Positions 56,455 through 60,108 of a stretch of DNA of 60,108 nucleotides are shown one piece after another. The translations under genes were made by a program, and so were the position numbers. Positions within the stretch are counted from its first letter, which is position 1. Every line of letters begins with the position of its first letter. Source of the stretch: a virus (taxonomy: Duplodnaviria; Caudoviricetes); the IMG/VR virus record IMGVR_UViG_3300008262_000065, positions 1 through 60,108 of that record, one strand, 5' to 3'. The notes below the pieces were generated by a model. It had not been told where the DNA came from. It ran no database searches and saw only the letters and a list, made by a program, of their open reading frames with translations.

Positions 56455-56463
56455 ATTAACACC

Positions 56464-56859
56464 ATGGAGAGTCACATTGAAACAATCAAGTGCCCTAACT
56501 GCGAGGACATTCAGTCAGCAGAGGTGAGGCACACAGAGCCTTGGTGGTTGTACGTACACAACTGCAACAGATGCGGGTACACAATCATGGAGAGTGAGTG
56601 GGATGAGGTGAATCCAAAGGGCAAACTACGTGAGAAGCTAAAGAGAATATCATTGCCACTATGGGGTATGATAGTAGTGTACCTTTCATACATAATCTAT
56701 TCATTGTTGATGATGTACAAGATATTAAAGTGGGGAGAGCCTATGCCATATCCAATAGGGGTATACTTAGTGGTGTCAATATGGTGTGCACTGCTAACTA
56801 TCTGCGGTAGGTTTCTTTATGTAGTACTAAAGCACGAGACAACAGATGAGCAACAATAA
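56464..56859 (+). CDS. Zn-ribbon + two-TM membrane protein
   Basis: CPNC..CNRC, then two hydrophobic helices. Confidence 0.65.
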   Translation: MESHIETIKCPNCEDIQSAEVRHTEPWWLYVHNCNRCGYTIMESEWDEVNPKGKLREKLKRISLPLWGMIVVYLSYIIYSLLMMYKILKWGEPMPYPIGVYLVVSIWCALLTICGRFLYVVLKHETTDEQQ

Positions 56860-57005
56860 TCAAACACCAACCGCAGAAGAGTTTAGAAAACAAATCTTAA
56901 AAGCAAGAGGGAGAATAAGTGAGAACGATTTACTGATTGAGTTTGCTAAACTTCATGTTTGACATGGAAATTAAACAAAGTTACCCTTTAGACAAAATAC
57001 AATGA
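56846..57005 (+). pseudogene. Probable internally deleted remnant of a small phage gene
   Basis: PTAEEF..IEFAKLHV* followed out of frame by EIKQSYPLDKIQ*. Confidence 0.4.
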
Positions 57006-57205
57006 GCAACGAAAAACTAAATAGCGTAGAGTGGTACGCAAAAAAAGACACTGAGGCTACCATACAATTCCTTGAGGGCAAGATGAATCAATTGCAATTC
57101 GCAATGAAGAAGGCTACAAACTTAGCAGTAGCTAATGAGATGCACAAGAAGGAAATGATTGAGTCTTACAACGAAGGATGGTCCCACGCTGAAGACCAAT
57201 ACTAA
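57002..57205 (+). CDS. Hypothetical protein (paralogue of 52236-52439)
   Basis: MSNEKLNSVEW..EMHKKEMI..AEDQY. Confidence 0.7.
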   Translation: MSNEKLNSVEWYAKKDTEATIQFLEGKMNQLQFAMKKATNLAVANEMHKKEMIESYNEGWSHAEDQY

Positions 57206-57226
57206 ACAACAACTAAAACAAAAACA

Positions 57227-57613
57227 ATGAATAAACTAAAAGACTTTTTAGCAACAGAGATTCTCATGCAGAAGTTGAGAAAGAATCCTGACAAGCATTA
57301 CATCATGATGATGCAGATGATGTCTGACAAAGAAGAGTTTACCAAGGATGACTTTGTAAACACCGGACGAATAATGGAGAAGAGTTATTACCTACATGAG
57401 TTCGTAAACCATTCTCGTTTCAATCATGAGGTGAAAGACATTGTCCGTTATGCGGGTGGGTATTGTGTTCAGATACTGCCTTCAGGTAAGTTCATGTTCG
57501 ATACCAATGATGCACACGAGGGAGATGAAGAGAGCACCAAGTACACATCGGAGAAGCTATCGGATGTAGAGAACAAGATGTGGGAGAAGCAAGTACTAAA
57601 AAGAATAAAATAA
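57227..57613 (+). CDS. Hypothetical protein
   Basis: ORF with A-rich leader. Confidence 0.7.
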   Translation: MNKLKDFLATEILMQKLRKNPDKHYIMMMQMMSDKEEFTKDDFVNTGRIMEKSYYLHEFVNHSRFNHEVKDIVRYAGGYCVQILPSGKFMFDTNDAHEGDEESTKYTSEKLSDVENKMWEKQVLKRIK

Positions 57614-57625
57614 TTTTAAACATTT

Positions 57626-57657
57626 CTTGGACATTAAATGTACTTGATGTATATTTG
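57626..57657 (+). promoter_or_regulatory. Bacteroidota promoter
   Basis: CTTG-N20-TATATTTG. Confidence 0.75.
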
Positions 57658-57706
57658 TACCTCGAATCAATTCAATAAAATCAAATGAAATCATACACAA
57701 AAACAA

Positions 57707-57722
57707 GTGTCTTCAAAGACAC
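57707..57722. repeat. 16-bp palindrome copy 15 (in leader of DnaA-IV-like gene)
   Basis: GTGTCTTCAAAGACAC. Confidence 0.95.
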
Positions 57723-57751
57723 CAAGTCAAACCAACAAAGCCAATGTTATC

Positions 57752-58054
57752 ATGAAGAAGGAAGTATTTAATCAGTACGCAGAGAGGATAGCATTGATGT
57801 TCGGTATCTCTAAGGAAGAGTTGTTCAGTAAGACCAAGCAGAGACACATTGCAGATGCAAGGCACTTGCTATACTATATGTGCAGCACAAGACCGATGGA
57901 GTTAATCTACATTCAGAACTTTCTTGGTGATGAAGGATACGTGACCATGCACCCGCCTATCATTCATGGTATTAAGAAGGTGACTCAGCGCCTGAAGGAT
58001 GACCGAGACTACAAAGCAATCGTTGACAAACTAAAACAATCAGTAACAATCTAA
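57752..58054 (+). CDS. Stand-alone DnaA domain IV (Bac_DnaA_C-like) HTH protein
   Basis: FGISKEELFSKTKQRHIADARHLLYYM..HPPIIHGIKKV; start reassigned to ATG 57752. Confidence 0.75.
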   Translation: MKKEVFNQYAERIALMFGISKEELFSKTKQRHIADARHLLYYMCSTRPMELIYIQNFLGDEGYVTMHPPIIHGIKKVTQRLKDDRDYKAIVDKLKQSVTI

Positions 58055-58065
58055 TCAAATCAAAT

Positions 58066-58689
58066 ATGTCAGAATCAAAATCAGTATTCCAAGTGTTGTC
58101 GGAAGTGGCAATCAAGGACAAAATTGAACGCAAAGGTAACACGGACTATCTATCATGGTCTTATGCATGGTCACTGCTGAAGAGCACGTATCCACACGCA
58201 CAACGCATAGTGTATGAGGACCCTGCTACGGGATGGAACTACTTCTCAGATGGTCGCAGTGCTTGGGTTAAGGTGGGTATAATGGTGCTTGGAGATGAGC
58301 ATATTGTTTACCTGCCAATCATGGACTTCAAGAACCAAGCTATCTCAATTGAGAAGGTAACTCAGGTTGATGTAAACAAAGCTATTCAGAGATGCACTAC
58401 CAAAGCTATTGCGATGCACGGTCTTGGTCTTCAGTTGTGGACGGGTGAGGACATTCCTGAAATGACAACTGCTGCCAACGCCCCTGCAGAGAAGAAGGCA
58501 GAGCAGGGTGATACCCTTATTGAACTCGTGAAGGGTGATGAGAATTGGGTGAAGGTCCTGAAGTATATCGAGACCAACAAGAATCTCGGTGCTGAGAAAA
58601 TAGGTAAGCAACTTATACGCAAGTACAAGATAAGTGCTAAGTTGAAGAAGGAAATCGTGGACCTCATTAACAAGCCTGACAATGAGTGA
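58066..58689 (+). CDS. Sak/Rad52-like single-strand annealing protein (DUF1071 type)
   Basis: YLSWSYAW..LPIMDFKNQAI..VNKAIQRCTTKAIAMHGLGLQLWTGED. Confidence 0.85.
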   Translation: MSESKSVFQVLSEVAIKDKIERKGNTDYLSWSYAWSLLKSTYPHAQRIVYEDPATGWNYFSDGRSAWVKVGIMVLGDEHIVYLPIMDFKNQAISIEKVTQVDVNKAIQRCTTKAIAMHGLGLQLWTGEDIPEMTTAANAPAEKKAEQGDTLIELVKGDENWVKVLKYIETNKNLGAEKIGKQLIRKYKISAKLKKEIVDLINKPDNE

Positions 58690-59416
58690 TATATTAGAAA
58701 TCCTAAAGAACGACCAAGAGTATTACAGAGGGGTAGGCAAGAACTACCTCTCTAACTCAGACATCGGAGTGCTGCTCAACAATCCTCAAGACTACGGCAA
58801 GTCAAGAGAAGACGACAAGGCATTGGCTGAAGGCAGACTATTCCATCAGCTATTGCTTGAGCCTGAGAAGGCAGTCAATGTCCCTCAAGTTGATGTGTCA
58901 ACACGCACAACCAAAGCATACAAGGAGTATCTTGATGAGCACAAGCTAACATTCTGTCTATTGACAAAAGAAGTTGATGAGATAACTGCACTGACTAAGA
59001 AGATGAGTGGCAACATTCAGTTCTATGAGGACATCTATCGTGATGGTAATCAGTATGAGGTACCAATGGTAGCTGAGATACATGGGCATCAGTGGAAAGG
59101 CAAAGCAGACATCGTGTGCAATGATATGCTAATTGACCTGAAGACCACATCAGACATCAACTCATTCAGATACTCAGCCAAGAAGTATAACTATGACTCT
59201 CAGTGCTACATCTATCAGAAGCTATTCAACAGACCATTGGTATTCTACGTGATTGATAAAGCGTCCGGACAACTTGGTATCTTCCGTCCATCAGAGAACT
59301 TTATCAAGAACGGAGAGTCAAAAGTGCTACGTGCTATAGAGGTATGGGACAAGTACTTCGGTCCCAATCCTACTGAGGACATTGAGAACCACTACATTGA
59401 TGAGACACTTGAGTAA
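58682..59416 (+). CDS. RecE/DUF3799-like PD-(D/E)XK exonuclease
   Basis: LSNSDI..GRLFHQLLLEP..KGKADI..IDLKTT..YDSQCYIY. Confidence 0.85.
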   Translation: MSDILEILKNDQEYYRGVGKNYLSNSDIGVLLNNPQDYGKSREDDKALAEGRLFHQLLLEPEKAVNVPQVDVSTRTTKAYKEYLDEHKLTFCLLTKEVDEITALTKKMSGNIQFYEDIYRDGNQYEVPMVAEIHGHQWKGKADIVCNDMLIDLKTTSDINSFRYSAKKYNYDSQCYIYQKLFNRPLVFYVIDKASGQLGIFRPSENFIKNGESKVLRAIEVWDKYFGPNPTEDIENHYIDETLE

Positions 59417-59423
59417 TCTCAGG

Positions 59424-59439
59424 GTGTCTTTAAAGACAC
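59424..59439. repeat. 16-bp palindrome copy 16
   Basis: GTGTCTTTAAAGACAC. Confidence 0.95.
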
Positions 59440-59441
59440 TA

Positions 59442-59627
59442 ATGGACGAAATGAAACAAGAAGAAATCAAATGCTACGCAGTAACGGGAGAAGTAAATGG
59501 CTCTCTCGTGTACGCTGATGATGAGGAAGAAGCTAAGACTATCTTTCATATGTTCTATGAGGATGAAAGAATACTGAGCATCAGGCAAGTCAATAGCATT
59601 GATGAGATTGAACCACCATTAGGTTAG
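59442..59627 (+). CDS. Hypothetical acidic protein
   Basis: Start at ATG 59442 or 59451. Confidence 0.55.
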   Translation: MDEMKQEEIKCYAVTGEVNGSLVYADDEEEAKTIFHMFYEDERILSIRQVNSIDEIEPPLG

Positions 59628-59634
59628 ACAAAAC

Positions 59635-59666
59635 ACCCTCGCATCGTAAATGGTGCGGGGGTTTTT
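59635..59666 (+). terminator. Terminator-like hairpin
   Basis: ACCCTCGCATCG-TAAA-TGGTGCGGGGGT-TTTT. Confidence 0.65.
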
Positions 59667-59689
59667 AGGTACAACACATTACTAAACAT

Positions 59690-59995
59690 ATGTCAAATCA
59701 AAAAGAAAAAATCTTTGCAGACGGATTCCGTTTCGAGAGAAAAGAAAATGCACCAACATTCGTGGTTGGTAGAATGTCAATCAAGGTTGATGAAGCCATC
59801 GCCTTCTTAAAGTCTTATGAGAAAGCAGGTTGGGTAAACCTAAACATTCTCAACGGTAGGTCAGGCAATCCATACGTTGAGTTGGATATGTATGAACCAA
59901 CTAAGAAAGGTGGGGCTACCACTACACAAGAGCCTGCAGCAAAGCCTGCTCCTAAGCCATCAGCAGAAGAAGAAGCAGAGGACTTGCCATTCTAA
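59690..59995 (+). CDS. Putative single-stranded DNA-binding protein
   Basis: Beta-rich N-terminal domain, Pro/Ala linker, acidic EDLPF tail; follows Sak and RecE-like genes. Confidence 0.7.
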   Translation: MSNQKEKIFADGFRFERKENAPTFVVGRMSIKVDEAIAFLKSYEKAGWVNLNILNGRSGNPYVELDMYEPTKKGGATTTQEPAAKPAPKPSAEEEAEDLPF

Positions 59996-60002
59996 AGACA
60001 AA

Positions 60003-60032
60003 AGAAGGGGAGCACAAAGCTTCCCTTTTTTT
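60003..60032 (+). terminator. Rho-independent terminator
   Basis: GAAGGGGAGC-ACAAA-GCTTCCCTTTTTTT. Confidence 0.8.
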
Positions 60033-60108
60033 ACCTAATCGTTGTGACAAAATGTTATTTTCATATTTCCCTATCTATATATATATATATTCTATTATTA
60101 TTTTTTTT

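Noticed and set aside
51001-59521. Other CTGATGA occurrences (e.g. 51001, 54262, 55808, 59516) as extra hammerheads
   Set aside because: Inside CDSs and lacking the stem II + GAAA + stem III arrangement

Overview
The window looks like an essentially complete, circularly permuted ~60 kb genome of a tailed, podovirus-like phage of a Bacteroidota (Flavobacteria-like) host. The host call rests on many TAnnTTTG -7 promoters and A-rich, SD-less leaders. Layout: (i) a + strand early/replication arm (48.4 kb to the end, continuing at 1-5.2 kb) with small host-takeover genes, amidoligase, GATase-GGCT, Sak/RecE-like recombination genes, SSB, primase-helicase, SF2 helicase and nucleases; (ii) a - strand late arm (47.8 to 5.2 kb) with GroEL/GroES, small basic proteins, tail fibre, lysis genes, terminase, portal, scaffold, capsid, tail genes and a 3442-aa polyvalent virion protein. 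No integrase, DNA polymerase or RNA polymerase was recognised. The most striking feature is an array in the earliest region. Four intergenic spacers each contain [16-bp palindrome GTGTCTTYRAAGACAC extended into a G-U-rich hairpin] + [type III hammerhead ribozyme] + [A/C-rich leader] + ATG, which is predicted to self-cut the early transcript into gene-sized RNAs. A fifth spacer has a tRNA-like minihelix ending in CCA in the ribozyme's place. The same palindrome occurs 16 times across the genome, including inside essential genes in different reading frames. All protein calls are from motif recognition by eye; no database search was run.
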